In this document: one piece after another, positions 43,592 to 44,183 of the stretch
Layout: each line of letters opens with the position of its first letter
Position numbering within the stretch: the stretch's first letter is position 1
Virus record (IMG/VR): IMGVR_UViG_3300028629_000017
Coordinates: 1 to 44,183 of that record
DNA: 44,183 nt
Direction: 5' to 3' (one strand)
From: a virus
Taxonomy: Duplodnaviria > Caudoviricetes
Translations under genes and position numbers: made by a program
Notes under the pieces: model-generated
The model's input: only the letters and a program-made list of their open reading frames with translations
What the model was told of the DNA's origin: nothing
Databases searched by the model: none

Positions 43592-44183
43592 CAGTTGCCT
43601 CCGTTGGCCGGCTTGCCGCCGGCGTCCTTGTTCCCGTCGTCCAGGCTCCGCGTCTGGCTGAGCGCCGAGCCGATCTGCCAGCGGCTGACCTCGCGCCAGT
43701 CCACCTTGGCCTCCGGATAGCGGGTGTTGAGCTCGGCCGCCTTCTTGATGGCTAGCTCGATCACGCTGCCGTTGTCCTCGATGCTCTCGCGGGCGACGTC
43801 GTCGAAGTCGACGCCGCGTTCAGCGCAGACGCTGCGCGGTGAGTCGAGGCGCTCGCCGATGACCAGGGCGTCGGCCTGGGCGTCCTGCAGCGGCTGGATG
43901 TACTTCCAGCGCGGCGGCCGCACCCGATGGTTCAGGAGCGTACCGGCCTTGTACCGCTTCATGGCCGCGGCGCCGAGGCTCGGCAGCTCGCGCATGGCGC
44001 GCCACTGCCAGACGGGGCTCACGAACTGCTCGATGTGGTCGCGCTGGATCCGGCGCCAGCTCTGGCGGACCACGTCCATCGCCCCGCGGAAGCCGCTGAA
44101 GTTGGTCTCGGAGGCGTCGAGCATCAGGGCGACGTAAGGCATGTTGAGGGCGCCGCCCAGCTTCCGGAGCTGGTACTTGACGT
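43591..44183 (-). CDS. Portal protein, lambda family (5' part outside window)
   Basis: DASETNFSGFR...PPRWKYIQPLQDAQA...ERGVD; frame open to the window edge. Confidence 0.88.
   Translation of the reverse strand, partial: VKYQLRKLGGALNMPYVALMLDASETNFSGFRGAMDVVRQSWRRIQRDHIEQFVSPVWQWRAMRELPSLGAAAMKRYKAGTLLNHRVRPPRWKYIQPLQDAQADALVIGERLDSPRSVCAERGVDFDDVARESIEDNGSVIELAIKKAAELNTRYPEAKVDWREVSRWQIGSALSQTRSLDDGNKDAGGKPANGGN

Larger units (their letters stand above)
23368..44183. mobile_element. Prophage B (partial; right end outside window)
   Basis: Second, distinct portal/protease/capsid set followed by tail genes ending at the att fragment. Confidence 0.88.

Noticed and set aside
814-43720. Long antisense/shadow ORFs (e.g. 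814-2727+, 6526-8619-, 16428-18602+, 25748-28105+, 37797-39737+, 39253-42126+)
   Set aside because: They mirror well-supported genes on the other strand, as expected in high-GC3 DNA, and have no motifs.
1-44183. A single circularly permuted phage
   Set aside because: Two different portals and two unrelated prohead proteases are present.

Overview
GC-rich bacterial DNA made up entirely of two different tailed-phage prophages in tandem and in the same orientation. They meet at a truncated tRNA(CAT) 5' fragment at 23368-23408. Prophage A (1 to ~23.4 kb, left end outside the window) reads mostly on the minus strand: LexA-like repressor with its own SOS-type box, two ECF-like sigma factors, a RecE-like/AAA/DUF669 recombination block, glutaredoxin, RuvC-like resolvase, helicase, Prim-Pol primase, HNH nuclease, ParB-MTase, terminase, lambda-type portal and protease-capsid. 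It also has two plus-strand accessory cassettes and a plus-strand xis-int pair pointing at the att site. Prophage B (~23.4 kb to beyond 44183) shows, on the minus strand, portal, S49 protease/scaffold, decoration protein, capsid, a membrane/lysis-like cluster, tail genes with a -1 frameshift chaperone, a short tape measure, Ig/FN3-rich tail-tip proteins and fibre genes, plus one plus-strand moron. The gene set recalls Planctomycetota-type prophages (recollection, not tested). Main observations: (i) one ~50-aa domain is shared by the HNH nuclease, the terminase N-terminus and probably a small upstream protein; (ii) the att junction holds the 5' half of a tRNA plus arm-like repeats; (iii) a LexA, RNA-switch, twin-sigma control region with no visible CI/Cro pair. 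All product names come from reading motifs by eye; no database search was run.
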